From the IMG/VR virus record IMGVR_UViG_3300046007_010127: a stretch of DNA of 63,706 nt. One strand, given 5' to 3'. The notes beneath the pieces were generated by a model. It was not told where the DNA came from. It saw only the letters and a program-made list of their open reading frames with translations, and ran no database searches. Every line of letters begins with the position of its first letter. Within the stretch, counting starts at the first letter, position 1. The position numbers and the translations under genes were made by a program. This DNA is from an uncultured virus (IMG/VR IMGVR_UViG_3300046007_010127) (lineage: Duplodnaviria > Heunggongvirae > Uroviricota > Caudoviricetes). Positions 37,863 to 48,324 of this stretch are shown here, one piece after another.

Positions 37863-39599
37863 TTGGCAGGAGAAACAGGAACACAAGGAGCAGCAGGATC
37901 GGAATTTCCGGTTTTCAAATCATCCGAAGGAGCTTTCGATAGAGCAAAGTACGAGGAGCAAGATAAGGCAAGGATAGTATCAGATGGAATAACTGCGCGT
38001 TCTACTGGAAAAGAAATAGACGAGGATCTAGTAAAGAAAAAAAAATCAGCGGATCAAGTTATAAAAGAAGCTAATAAATTTTACGACGATTCATTTCAAA
38101 AAAACGTAAAAGGATTAGATCCTGCTTATGATCCAAGCCTTATCTATTATTCAGAAGCTTATTCAGATGGAGGATTAAATAAAAACAAAATACGAAGGAA
38201 ATTAGAAAAAGGAGAAACTATAGACGGCAAGGAGATTTTTGAAATGTCTAAGCAAGCTGCCGAAAATAAAATAAGTAATGCCAAGGTTCTTAAAGATGGT
38301 AGAGTTACTGATATAGTAGAAAATTTAGGCTTAAAAGATGTAAAGCAATTAGATCTATACGAGGATGTAAAAAGTGATTTTGATAGTAAGATAAAGGACG
38401 AAAAAATTAAATTTGAGCCACTTCTTGATAATTTTGCTAAGGTGCTACACTATTTTAGTGTTAAGGATTCATTTATGGCTAGTCAATATGCTCCTATTTT
38501 ATATACTCCTGAAAATATGGCTATAATTTCTGCTTTAGGAAAAGTTCTAGAAGCTGAAGGATTTACCAATGAGAGTGTTACTAAAATGGCAAAAGCATAT
38601 GATGATAACATAAAAAAGCTAATAGAAAAAAAAGAAGGAAAAAAAGCTGAGGATATAATAAAAGAAGCTGGAGAAGAGGCAAAGAAAGAAGGAGAAGCTA
38701 AAGTAGAAGAGCAAAAATTAGATGAGAAAAGCACACCAGCTCCTACCGGTCCTACCGGAGAAGGTGCTAAGCCATTAGAGGGAACACAAGAGACTCAAAC
38801 GGGGGTAACAGGAGCATCTACAACAGCATCCACTACTACTACAACAGAAACATTAACAACTGTAACATCAACTACCGGTCCTACCGGTCCTACCGGGTCA
38901 CAAGAGCCATCAAAAGTTGAAGGAGCAAAAACATCAACAACTGGTACAACTGGATCTAAACCGGTAACATCATCAGACGTTACAAAAAGACAAGAGGACC
39001 TATTATCATCTCTATTTGGTATAAAGTTCGCAGAATCTGGTACTGGTGCAACAGGACCAACAGGGGGTACCGAAACTACACCGAAAAAAAAGAAAGAGGA
39101 AACTACTCTAGAAAAAAAGGTAGAGGAGAAAAAAACCGAAACGGCTCAAAACACGACAACCACACCGACTACATCGACCACAGAGACCAAGCTGGAGGAG
39201 AAAATTTCATCAAATAATCAAACAGAAAATGAAACTTCCTCAGTAAATACTCCTATAAAAGAAACAGAACAACAAAACTTATCTAGTGTAATATCTCCAG
39301 AAAAAGAGAGCACTGATATGGATAAAAATAATACAGAGGGAAATAAGGGAACAACAACTACAACAACAGAGACAAAAACAACAGAGACAAAAACTGAGGG
39401 AGGAGAAGGGGGTACATCATCCGCATCTAGTTTAGAAACAAATAAAACATCAGAGGATAAAGCAGCAACGGAGGAAAAACAAAAGGCTGATAAGGAAATG
39501 GCAGACGACATAAAATCTATGGTAAATCTGCTTACTCAATTAAACAGCACTTTACAAAATCCTCTTATGGTTATTCCAAACGGAAAAAAATTCAACTAG
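37863..39599 (+). CDS. Hypothetical protein with a long T/E/K/G-rich low-complexity region
   Basis: 578-aa ORF, TTG start after an A-rich leader. Confidence 0.7.
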   Translation: MAGETGTQGAAGSEFPVFKSSEGAFDRAKYEEQDKARIVSDGITARSTGKEIDEDLVKKKKSADQVIKEANKFYDDSFQKNVKGLDPAYDPSLIYYSEAYSDGGLNKNKIRRKLEKGETIDGKEIFEMSKQAAENKISNAKVLKDGRVTDIVENLGLKDVKQLDLYEDVKSDFDSKIKDEKIKFEPLLDNFAKVLHYFSVKDSFMASQYAPILYTPENMAIISALGKVLEAEGFTNESVTKMAKAYDDNIKKLIEKKEGKKAEDIIKEAGEEAKKEGEAKVEEQKLDEKSTPAPTGPTGEGAKPLEGTQETQTGVTGASTTASTTTTTETLTTVTSTTGPTGPTGSQEPSKVEGAKTSTTGTTGSKPVTSSDVTKRQEDLLSSLFGIKFAESGTGATGPTGGTETTPKKKKEETTLEKKVEEKKTETAQNTTTTPTTSTTETKLEEKISSNNQTENETSSVNTPIKETEQQNLSSVISPEKESTDMDKNNTEGNKGTTTTTTETKTTETKTEGGEGGTSSASSLETNKTSEDKAATEEKQKADKEMADDIKSMVNLLTQLNSTLQNPLMVIPNGKKFN

Positions 39600-39661
39600 G
39601 GGGATTTACTTTTTAAAACCAATTTTATATATTTGTAATAAATAAACCTAAATAATAAATT

Positions 39662-39937
39662 ATGAGTAAAAACTATGAAATTACCAAGGAACTGAGAGAG
39701 ACTTTAGTCAAGTTCATTAGTATGTATGGAGGCTACAAAGAATGTTTGGATCTTTTAGAAAATCAGGAAAAATCGGAATTTAACGAAGAAGAAGTAAACA
39801 AAATACTAAATCTCCTAGGAGTGTTTAGACTTATGGATACATTCCATATTGTAGAGCGCTTTAAAATCGAAGTCACACCACTAAAAAGCGCTGAATCTGA
39901 TGAGCAATCAGAACCTACCGAAGAAAAAGCAGGATAA
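39662..39937 (+). CDS. Hypothetical protein
   Basis: ORF downstream of TATATTTG (39628). Confidence 0.65.
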   Translation: MSKNYEITKELRETLVKFISMYGGYKECLDLLENQEKSEFNEEEVNKILNLLGVFRLMDTFHIVERFKIEVTPLKSAESDEQSEPTEEKAG

Positions 39938-40337
39938 GATAGATTCCCTATATTTGAGAATGGCCAAAGTTTGGTCGGAGAATTCACACTGCAATAGAAA
40001 TAAGGTAGGTTGTTTAATAGTAAAAGATCGCCAAATAATATCTGACGGTTATAACGGAACCCCCTCTGGATTTTCCAATGAATGTGAGGACTGCGACAAT
40101 AATACTTTTCCTATAGTATTACACGCAGAAGCTAATGCCATAACAAAAATAGCTAAGAGCACTAATAGTGCCGAAGGATCTACACTTTACGTGACACTAT
40201 CCCCTTGTTTTGATTGTGCTAAATTAATCATACAAGCGGGAATAAAGAGAATTGTTTATTCTGAAACTTACAGAAATACCGATTCTTTTAAACTTTTCGA
40301 AGAGGCAGGAATAGAAATAAGAAAATTGGAAATTTAA
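39900..40337 (+). CDS. dCMP deaminase
   Basis: GYNGTPSG, HAEANAI and SPCFDC motifs. Confidence 0.93.
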   Translation: MSNQNLPKKKQDKIDSLYLRMAKVWSENSHCNRNKVGCLIVKDRQIISDGYNGTPSGFSNECEDCDNNTFPIVLHAEANAITKIAKSTNSAEGSTLYVTLSPCFDCAKLIIQAGIKRIVYSETYRNTDSFKLFEEAGIEIRKLEI

Positions 40338-40350
40338 AAAAGATATTAAA

Positions 40351-40974
40351 ATGGCAGTAAAAAACATACAAGAATTGGCAGAGAGTTTTATGAGGACATC
40401 ATCGGAGAAAGACTTCGTTGAATTATATAAAAGAATTAAACCCGGACTATTAAATCACTGTAAGTCCATACTAATAGAGCAAGAAGCTGCAGAGGATGCT
40501 GTTTCCAATACTATGGCTAAGATATGGACTAAGATATCACAGTATGATCCAACAAGAGGGAATTTCTCTACTTGGGTTTATAACATAGCAAGAAATGAAT
40601 CCCTTGGTATAAAGAAAAACGAGGACCGGTATTTACCAATGATACATGAAGTGGTAAGGAATAACGACGAAAATGATGATAGCTCTTATCCAACTATAAC
40701 ATCGTCTCCAGTTACTCTAGAAGCAGAGTTTGACTACGTTAATGTTGATAATGACGAGATGGAGGACCTATACGATAACGTTGTAGAAAAAATGAAGGAT
40801 CTTCCTGAGATCTACAAAGACATCCTTTTCGATCGTGAAATACTAGGAATGAGATATCAGGAAATAGCTGATAAGTATGGTATGAAGAAAAGAGCTATTG
40901 CTACCAGAATTAGAAGAGCTAGACTAAAAGTTAGAGAGATGTTTCCTGGTGTTAATTTAACTTTTAACGATTGA
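40351..40974 (+). CDS. RNA polymerase sigma factor (ECF/sigma-70 family)
   Basis: AEDAVS and FSTWVYNIARN (region 2); YQEIADKYGM...TRIRRAR (region 4). Confidence 0.9.
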   Translation: MAVKNIQELAESFMRTSSEKDFVELYKRIKPGLLNHCKSILIEQEAAEDAVSNTMAKIWTKISQYDPTRGNFSTWVYNIARNESLGIKKNEDRYLPMIHEVVRNNDENDDSSYPTITSSPVTLEAEFDYVNVDNDEMEDLYDNVVEKMKDLPEIYKDILFDREILGMRYQEIADKYGMKKRAIATRIRRARLKVREMFPGVNLTFND

Positions 40975-41008
40975 TGTAACTTTTTTCAATAGGTAAAATA
41001 TAATTGAT

Positions 41009-41470
41009 ATGAATTATCCTTTTAAAAGAGTTATAAACGATATTAGGAACTATTTCTTTATAAGGAAAACAATAAAGAAAAATATTTCTAGCATAGATTG
41101 GGAGAAAAATAAGCTCCGCGTAGATTGGATTGGGAGAATATACACCGTTGTTAATCTCCCACCAGAAGTTATCTATTCACCAGATTCACCTGAGGAAATC
41201 AGACCAGCGTATGTTCTGGAGGAATCTAGACCGATAAATGAATATCTAACCAGTCTTAATCTACAAGAGGTAATAATGCCGGAGATAAGTCCGATACCAA
41301 ATTCCATCTCTTATCTTATTATATACAGGCCTTATTTCCAAAGGCTATCAGTTAGGTGGTTAATCTATAGGATAATACTTATTCTTCTACTAATTTGGCT
41401 TCAATACAAATTCGGATTTATAAGCTGGATTTTTAGTGGTATTAAATACATGATTGATGTTATCTTCTGA
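41009..41470 (+). CDS. Hypothetical protein with C-terminal TM segment
   Basis: LRVDWIGRIYTVVNLP motif; hydrophobic tail. Confidence 0.7.
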   Translation: MNYPFKRVINDIRNYFFIRKTIKKNISSIDWEKNKLRVDWIGRIYTVVNLPPEVIYSPDSPEEIRPAYVLEESRPINEYLTSLNLQEVIMPEISPIPNSISYLIIYRPYFQRLSVRWLIYRIILILLLIWLQYKFGFISWIFSGIKYMIDVIF

Positions 41471-42212
41471 TATACAAATAAATCGACAAGCATTCCCTTG
41501 GGGAAGAGCTTATGTGGTAGAAGGAGCTGGTGAAGCTCCTTTAATTTTACCCTCAGTCACTACTATATTAAAATTAGTAAAGAACGAGAAGTACGAAAAA
41601 TTAAAGGAGCAATTTGGAGAGGATCGATGGAATAAAATACTCTATGATGCAGCAGAAAGGGGAACAGTAATGCACAGAATGTTAGAACTGTTTCTTCTTG
41701 AGTGGGCTAAGGAAAAAGACGTAGATAGATCCTTAAAAAAAGCACAAATATTTGCTATAGAAGAATCTAGAAGAGACGACGGAAAGTATGCTAAATACGT
41801 AAACAAAGGAAGAGATCTATTCTGGAATTTTTACCATACTAATTTTTGGGAAAGTATAGAGGAAGTTGTAGACAACGAAGCTTTCTTATATACAACTTTC
41901 AAGGGAGGTTGGGCAGGAGCTTGTGATTTTGTTTATAGGGATAAGGCATACAACTTGATAGTTGATGATTTTAAATCTTCAACATCTCTAAAAGATGAGG
42001 AAGACATATTAAGCTATAAATTACAAATCTCAGCATATATGTTTATGTGTGCTGAAAAATACGGTGAAGTCCCTAAGCAAGGAAGAATTAGGATAGCAAA
42101 TGAACAAACATCAGATATACAAACATTTATTGTTCACGATTACGAACTGAAAGAATATCTTGGTCAGTTTATAGAACTTGCTAAAAAATTCAGAGAAATT
42201 TACGGAATATAG
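41454..42212 (+). CDS. PD-(D/E)XK exonuclease (Cas4/RecB-like)
   Basis: PSVTTIL, RGTVMH, AGACD, DDFKSS and QISAY motifs. Confidence 0.85.
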   Translation: MMLSSDIQINRQAFPWGRAYVVEGAGEAPLILPSVTTILKLVKNEKYEKLKEQFGEDRWNKILYDAAERGTVMHRMLELFLLEWAKEKDVDRSLKKAQIFAIEESRRDDGKYAKYVNKGRDLFWNFYHTNFWESIEEVVDNEAFLYTTFKGGWAGACDFVYRDKAYNLIVDDFKSSTSLKDEEDILSYKLQISAYMFMCAEKYGEVPKQGRIRIANEQTSDIQTFIVHDYELKEYLGQFIELAKKFREIYGI

Positions 42213-42251
42213 GAAACTTAATTGATTCTATCTGTATAAAAAATAAAAAAA

Positions 42252-42476
42252 ATGAGTTCGCTAGGAATTAATTATAAAAAAGCTTTAATAAAAAAATACG
42301 AATTTCAGATGGAAGAAGCGAAAGCAAATCTTTCCCTTTATTTTTCTAGCACCAACTTAGCTGCTATAGGTGAACATTCGGATCTTTTAGCTGAGCATGA
42401 CAGATGGGTAGAACAATATGCTAATGCTAAAGATAAGCTTGAAGCATTATTGGACTTATACGAAAACGAAAACTAA
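42252..42476 (+). CDS. Hypothetical protein (IGEHSD motif)
   Basis: ORF. Confidence 0.7.
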   Translation: MSSLGINYKKALIKKYEFQMEEAKANLSLYFSSTNLAAIGEHSDLLAEHDRWVEQYANAKDKLEALLDLYENEN

Positions 42477-42492
42477 ATAAAAACAAATAAAA

Positions 42493-42990
42493 ATGGCAAA
42501 CAAAAAACCAAAAGAATTAAACGAAGATCAAAACGAAGCGGTTCTTGAAAAATTTATCAGCAACGTAGATCAAGAAAAAGTTGAGAGCATAAGAAAAGAT
42601 CTAGAAGGTTACAAAAATAGTCTTAAAGACAAAGAATACGCCGTTTCTATGGATAAAGATCTATTAAGAAGATTTGAGCAATTCATGAGAGAAGATGTTG
42701 AATGGAGATCTAAAGAGGCATTAGGAGTAATGGAGATCTTAAAAAGAATCGACTCAATAAAAAAAGAAGGCATTAAAGACGGAGTAGCTTATCTAACAAA
42801 TCTAGAAGTTGAAGCTTCGCACTACTTCCTAATGAAATGGGCAGGAAAAGGGGAGTCGGAAATTAGTAATTTCATCTCACTTTGGAAAACATTCGAAGAA
42901 ACCCTTACTCTTATTCAACAGGACAATATTGTTTTGAAAGATCTAGAGAAACAACTTGCAGCAGCAGAACAGGGAATTGAATTAGAATAA
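42493..42990 (+). CDS. Hypothetical protein
   Basis: ORF. Confidence 0.7.
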   Translation: MANKKPKELNEDQNEAVLEKFISNVDQEKVESIRKDLEGYKNSLKDKEYAVSMDKDLLRRFEQFMREDVEWRSKEALGVMEILKRIDSIKKEGIKDGVAYLTNLEVEASHYFLMKWAGKGESEISNFISLWKTFEETLTLIQQDNIVLKDLEKQLAAAEQGIELE

Positions 42991-43010
42991 TATTTCCATA
43001 AATATATAAT

Positions 43011-43042
43011 AAAAGACTGGCGCTAATGTGTCAGTCTTTTTT
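43011..43042 (+). terminator. Intrinsic terminator
   Basis: aaaagactggcgc-taat-gtgtcagtctttt. Confidence 0.7.
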
Positions 43043-43062
43043 GTGGAGATATATAGCTAGAT

Positions 43063-44283
43063 ATGAAAAAGAAATTATTACCCTGGATAATCGCTTTATC
43101 TGCACTTACAGTTTCTGGATCTGCAGCTTTTTATTCTGTATCTGGACTAGGAAAAATGTTTGCCGGTGCAGCATTACAAGTAATGATATTAGCAGGAAGC
43201 CTAGAATTTGCTAAATTAGTAACAGCTTCTTTACTCTACCAATATTGGAAAAAGCTTAATTTGGGATTAAAGCTTTATCTTTCAATAGCAACCTTAATAC
43301 TGATAGTAATAACATCTGCAGGGATTTATGGATTTTTATCCTCAGCTTACCAAGAAACATCGTTCAAGGTGCAAAACCAGGATAAGAATATCGAGATTCT
43401 AGATAAAAATATATCCATAATACAAGGAGAGATAAAGAATTTTGAATCTCAGGTAAAACAAAAGAACGATAGGATAATACAGCTAACTTCTATAAGAACA
43501 AATCTTCAATCAACACAAGATGTATTGATAGAAAAATCAAAGTCTACTAATGCAGTTAGACAACAGATAAAGGATGTCGATTCGGAGATAAAAAGAATGG
43601 ATTCGGAGGTTTCTGTATTAAATGATTCCATATCTTCAAAAAACACAAGAATATCTTCCATAGAGAAACAAAAACTAGATGTTTCCTCAGATTCAGATCT
43701 AGCTAGGGAAGTTGGCCCTTTAAAATATATTGCTGAGCTAACAGGAAAAGATATAGACTCCGTGGTTAACTGGTACATAATCGTGCTGATGCTAGTTTTT
43801 GACCCTTTAGCCATTGCATTAGTAATAGCAGCAAATTTTGCTTTTGAAATAAATGAGCCAAAAAAAGAAGAAGAAATGGAAGAAAAAGAAAATAAAAAGC
43901 CTGGTAAAATTAAATCACTATGGAATAGAATAACTTTGTTTAATAAAAAAAAAGAAACATTAAACAAAACAGAAGGAACATCCGTGTCACCTAACCAGGA
44001 AGTATCTATTTTGTTTAAGGAAAATCCAGAAACATTAAACAAAGAGGAAATACCAGCTGAATACGATCAATTGGTACAGGAAGAACCTAATAATAATATC
44101 GAAGAAAAAGAATCAAATCCAGAATCGAATAACAATAAAAAAGAGGATACATATAGTAAAGATACACCAACAAAATTTGATAAATCACAAAGGGAAAGAT
44201 TTAGAGGAAATCCTGATTCAATGGAATCTCGAAAAAGCTTTAGAAATAACCCAGGAGATGAGAATCCAATTAATTTAAGATGA
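43063..44283 (+). CDS. Membrane-anchored coiled-coil protein
   Basis: N-terminal TM helices, ITSAGIYGFLS, coiled coil, EVGPLKYIA and VFDPLAIAL motifs. Confidence 0.8.
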   Translation: MKKKLLPWIIALSALTVSGSAAFYSVSGLGKMFAGAALQVMILAGSLEFAKLVTASLLYQYWKKLNLGLKLYLSIATLILIVITSAGIYGFLSSAYQETSFKVQNQDKNIEILDKNISIIQGEIKNFESQVKQKNDRIIQLTSIRTNLQSTQDVLIEKSKSTNAVRQQIKDVDSEIKRMDSEVSVLNDSISSKNTRISSIEKQKLDVSSDSDLAREVGPLKYIAELTGKDIDSVVNWYIIVLMLVFDPLAIALVIAANFAFEINEPKKEEEMEEKENKKPGKIKSLWNRITLFNKKKETLNKTEGTSVSPNQEVSILFKENPETLNKEEIPAEYDQLVQEEPNNNIEEKESNPESNNNKKEDTYSKDTPTKFDKSQRERFRGNPDSMESRKSFRNNPGDENPINLR

Positions 44284-44864
44284 TTAAACCAGTTTACACT
44301 ACCAATCAGAAGTACATAGAGCATTTGGATTGTAATCCTGGCGTTTATCGTATGGTATATTTTCAGAGCTGTAACCTAGATATCAAGGAGGGATCCAATA
44401 TACTAGCAAGTGTTTCTTTGTGTGACTTTAAGCTTGAATCTCTTGGAAATTCCGAACTAGGCGGATGCGGTGGGTCACTTAAAAGAAACATAACGTTATC
44501 CCCGTCTGCAACATACACTCTTACTGCACCAGAAGTGGGACAGGCACAAGGTGAGGTTCAGATGATAGTAGTTAAAGTTGTTTACGAAAAAGATTACCCA
44601 GAGGAGGAAAGATATCTTAATTGGGAGTATAAGGGAAATGTTTACCCAATACACACTCTTATGATATTAACAGGAAGAACCGAGCCAGATATACCTTGGC
44701 AGGGATGGGATCTTAACTATTATTCAAATAACCCGCCAACTCCTGAATTTAGCCCACAGCCTTATCCAGTAATTGCATCACCTAATTTATCATTTGGAGG
44801 TATATTGTTCAGCAATCCTAGTGATACATATAGTGCTGAACTAGAAATATTTGTTTTTAACTAA
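44280..44864 (+). CDS. Hypothetical (structural?) protein
   Basis: ORF; paralog of the next gene (ISLCD, ILTG, GWDL, GG...NP). Confidence 0.7.
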   Translation: MIKPVYTTNQKYIEHLDCNPGVYRMVYFQSCNLDIKEGSNILASVSLCDFKLESLGNSELGGCGGSLKRNITLSPSATYTLTAPEVGQAQGEVQMIVVKVVYEKDYPEEERYLNWEYKGNVYPIHTLMILTGRTEPDIPWQGWDLNYYSNNPPTPEFSPQPYPVIASPNLSFGGILFSNPSDTYSAELEIFVFN

Positions 44865-45352
44865 TGGCTACACCACCTCTAGTATGTAATACTATACAAT
44901 TTGAAGGAGCAATATTCCAAAGATGTAATCTTCAAGTAATAAGCGGGACTACAGTTCTAAGAGAAATAAGTCTGTGCGACACTAATATAGTATTAAATAA
45001 TTACTCAAGCTTTAGCGGATGTGTCTATGGTAATTCAAGTCTTATACTAAATTCTGAAGGATTAGGTGAATTATGTTTTATAATGATCAAAGCAACCTAT
45101 CCCTCCGTTTTACCCGTTTCTAGTCGATTTATAAATATACTATACAACGGTGCATATATGCCAATGGCAAACCTAACTATTTTAACAGGTAATCCATCAG
45201 ATATATCACCATATATGGATAATCGGGGATGGGATTTAGATCCTAATGGTAGCGATATAGAATCTCCTTTCTTTTCTCAAGGAGGGATGTTATTATACAA
45301 TCCTCACTCAGTTAGAGTAAACATCGATGTTATTTTAGGAGGTAACATCTAA
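44864..45352 (+). CDS. Hypothetical (structural?) protein
   Basis: ORF; paralog of the previous gene. Confidence 0.7.
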   Translation: MATPPLVCNTIQFEGAIFQRCNLQVISGTTVLREISLCDTNIVLNNYSSFSGCVYGNSSLILNSEGLGELCFIMIKATYPSVLPVSSRFINILYNGAYMPMANLTILTGNPSDISPYMDNRGWDLDPNGSDIESPFFSQGGMLLYNPHSVRVNIDVILGGNI

Positions 45353-45405
45353 CACGTATAAAAACTTTAAGAAAGTAAGATATATACTAAAAAAGCGAAT
45401 AACAA

Positions 45406-47721
45406 ATGGAAAAAAATATTAATCCAGAGATCAACAGATTAAATATGGAGACTTCTAAGAATGCCGCAGACTCCTTAAGAGAATGGGCTGGACTAGGATC
45501 AGAAAAGAAACCTGTTGCTTCTTCTTTCCTAAACGGTTCTACCGCTCAAATGTTAAAAGAGTCACAAATGCCAGATTTATCTACTGGTGCAAAAAATGGT
45601 GTTTCTTTTAGTTTTGGACTTGTTAATACAGTATCTGCATTAAAAAATAGCTCAGTAGGAGAACTTCCTGCTGGTAGAATCCTATTAGATAAATACGAGC
45701 ATTTATTACTAGGAAAAGGTATTTCTGAAGCATTTGTTCTTGAATCTTTTATAAACGACCTTAGACCATTTTCTTGGGAAAATTCAGTAGTGCCCGTTTT
45801 AGAGACATTAAATAGAACTTTAGAAAACAGAAGAAGAGAGGTAGAAGTTCTTAAGGCTTACGAGACTATGAAGAACGCTCCAGGAAAAGAGCTTTTTTCT
45901 GATGCTACAGAACAAATGAAAAATTGGTTAGTATCTGAAACAAAATCATCAGATACATTAATTCACGGTCTTAAAAGATTCGGATTTAACCCAATGGTAA
46001 GAAATTTAGTTAGCTTCCTTTCGATGTACGAAAACGAGAACAGTGGGAAATTCAATGTAGGTTTCGATAATAACGTATGTAAAATAGAGAATGTATATTC
46101 ACCTATTTACGTTAACGAAAACGAGACTATGTTCTATTCATCCGGTAAATTCTTAAAGTTAAATCAGGATAACGGAATTATTCAAGAATGCAACATGGAC
46201 GAAGTCCCTGCAGAACTACAAGATCAAGCTGCTATAGTTAGTGATAGAGACGTAAAAATCGATAATAATAAAATATCATTAAACATCGGTAATAATAAGG
46301 TAGAGATCGTATTTACTAATGAATCTAAGGAGGTTTATATCGATGGTAAAAGAATAAACGAAAGTGATTTACCAGTTGCTGTTAGTGTTACTACTAATAA
46401 CCTTCTAGAAGGTTCTAATAATAGAGTAGCTAAAGCAGTTTTTGTTGCTAAGAACGCTGAAGAAATAGTAGATATCGATTTCGGTAAGAAAATAAGATCT
46501 AAAGTATACGAAAACGTAGAGGTTAACATCTTTAAAACTGATAATGCTATTTATGTACAAACAGTTAATCCAGCAATGAGATTAAATAAGATGTATGAAG
46601 CAAATGCAACCCAAGCTATTTCGATAATTAAAGATTTTATTAAATACGATATTTCTGAGTCATTAACAGAATTCTTAGAAGGAGAACAAGCTTTCCTAAG
46701 TGTTATGAAAAATGACAAGAACGAGATCGTTAAAAACATCGAAATTCTAGAAGGAGAATTAAGAAAACTAGACGTTGTTAAAGAAAGCAATCCTTTATTA
46801 GCTAATTCCCAAGAACTTATTGCTTTAGAGGAGAGCATCGAAAATGAAATCGATAATCTTAAAGATAGATGGAACGAGATAAACGTTGAGATTTCAAGAT
46901 TCGAAAATAGAGTTAAAGAAGTTCCTTCAGTAAATGAGGATCTAGGATATCCTATCGATACTGAAGTAAGAATCAAAAGAAACGGAAACAAGGGAAGAGT
47001 AATAGGAGTTGATGGAAATTCTAAAACTTACACTATCCTTTTTAAAGAAGGTAAAACTGGTGAATACTTTTTCTCTGACGTAGAAGATATCGATGATGAA
47101 GTTGACAGATACGACATTAAAGCTCCGGATCTTGATATAGAATACACAAACGAATCTAATCAGAACTTTGCAAATGCTCCTGGAAATAGAGGTGGTTCAC
47201 ATAGAGATCCTAGAATCGAAAGTTTATCTAAAAAACACATGGCACAAGCTCCTGATAAAAAAACAGGATCATCTGCTAAGTTTATAAACAACGAAAAAGG
47301 AACTATGGCAGGAACACCTAAGAGCGGTAAATCTGCACCTTTAACAGGAAGAGGAGTTAATGCTAAATCTGCTAATATGGCTGATCTTCATAGTAAAGGA
47401 AAAGGAGGATCTGGGAAAAAGTTTATTGACGGCTTAGATAATCTTGATTTAGCTAAAGCACCTAGTGCATCTATTAAAGGATCAGGCAAATTCATACAAG
47501 ATCTTAAAAATATGAATCTGTCCCTGAAAGAGAGTCAAAAAAATTCTCACGTAGAAAAAGCACCTAAAGGAAAAACAGAAAAGCCTAAAAAATTTATCGA
47601 GGACGAAGACGATTTTAATCTAGCTGATGCTCACGGAAACAGCAAGAAAAACGGAAAAAGATTTGCAGAAAGCGACAAAGTAGCAAATCTATCTTCTGCT
47701 CCCAAGACAAAAAAAAAGTAA
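45406..47721 (+). CDS. Large late protein, coiled-coil with basic tail (possible prohead core/scaffold)
   Basis: 771-aa ORF with GATATATA at 45379; function inferred from context only. Confidence 0.7.
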   Translation: MEKNINPEINRLNMETSKNAADSLREWAGLGSEKKPVASSFLNGSTAQMLKESQMPDLSTGAKNGVSFSFGLVNTVSALKNSSVGELPAGRILLDKYEHLLLGKGISEAFVLESFINDLRPFSWENSVVPVLETLNRTLENRRREVEVLKAYETMKNAPGKELFSDATEQMKNWLVSETKSSDTLIHGLKRFGFNPMVRNLVSFLSMYENENSGKFNVGFDNNVCKIENVYSPIYVNENETMFYSSGKFLKLNQDNGIIQECNMDEVPAELQDQAAIVSDRDVKIDNNKISLNIGNNKVEIVFTNESKEVYIDGKRINESDLPVAVSVTTNNLLEGSNNRVAKAVFVAKNAEEIVDIDFGKKIRSKVYENVEVNIFKTDNAIYVQTVNPAMRLNKMYEANATQAISIIKDFIKYDISESLTEFLEGEQAFLSVMKNDKNEIVKNIEILEGELRKLDVVKESNPLLANSQELIALEESIENEIDNLKDRWNEINVEISRFENRVKEVPSVNEDLGYPIDTEVRIKRNGNKGRVIGVDGNSKTYTILFKEGKTGEYFFSDVEDIDDEVDRYDIKAPDLDIEYTNESNQNFANAPGNRGGSHRDPRIESLSKKHMAQAPDKKTGSSAKFINNEKGTMAGTPKSGKSAPLTGRGVNAKSANMADLHSKGKGGSGKKFIDGLDNLDLAKAPSASIKGSGKFIQDLKNMNLSLKESQKNSHVEKAPKGKTEKPKKFIEDEDDFNLADAHGNSKKNGKRFAESDKVANLSSAPKTKKK

Positions 47722-47969
47722 ATACTACATCATTAATTGAGTCTATCGCCAAAGACCCAGACGAGGGAATTGGCAATAGACTCAATTTTGTTTTAGACGA
47801 TTTAAAAAATTGTTTAGAAAAAGTAAAAGAATTAGAAACTTCTAGCGTGGAAAACGGTAGAATAGGTATAGACATAATTAAGAATTCGAGGAAAAATTTG
47901 GAAGAATTAAGGGTAGATTTAGAAAAACAGATAGAGAAACTACAAAATAATATTCCAGACCAAGAATGA
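47718..47969 (+). CDS. -1 frame extension (83 aa) of 45406..47721, probably reached by frameshift
   Basis: Open frame without ATG after A-AAA-AAG; its TGA overlaps the next ATG (ATGA). Confidence 0.6.
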   Translation, partial: VNTTSLIESIAKDPDEGIGNRLNFVLDDLKNCLEKVKELETSSVENGRIGIDIIKNSRKNLEELRVDLEKQIEKLQNNIPDQE

Positions 47970-48322
47970 TATATGTAAAAAACAAAGAGTTAAAAAGAGC
48001 TCTTCTCGAAAGCAAAGAAAAAGGACAACTTACAGACGAGACCGTAAAAATGTTTACTCTAATAGTAAACGGTATGTCCAAAACACACTCCTATAGAGAT
48101 AACGAAGATAGAGAAGATTGCATATCTTCCGGATTAGAAGATCTTGTAAAGTATTGGAACAGATATGATCCAGAAAAATCCGACAATCCGTTTGCATTCA
48201 TATCTCAAATAGCACACAATGGGATGAAAAAGGGGTGGAAAAAAATACACCCACCTAAGTCACCTAAAACTATACCTTTCTCCAGAATAGTAAAAGAAGA
48301 GAATTCCAATTATAATGTATAG
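47966..48322 (+). CDS. gp55: Late-transcription sigma factor (T4 gp55-like)
   Basis: YVKNKEL, REDCIS and YDPEKSDNPFAFISQI motifs. Confidence 0.8.
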   Translation: MIYVKNKELKRALLESKEKGQLTDETVKMFTLIVNGMSKTHSYRDNEDREDCISSGLEDLVKYWNRYDPEKSDNPFAFISQIAHNGMKKGWKKIHPPKSPKTIPFSRIVKEENSNYNV

Positions 48323-48324
48323 TT

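Noticed and set aside
37863..39599. Tape measure protein call
   Set aside because: The position is suggestive, but the protein is short and low-complexity with no recognisable tape-measure features, so it is left hypothetical.
41454..42212. Cas4-like nuclease as part of a CRISPR-Cas system
   Set aside because: No other cas genes or array in the window; stand-alone PD-(D/E)XK exonucleases are common in T4-like phages.
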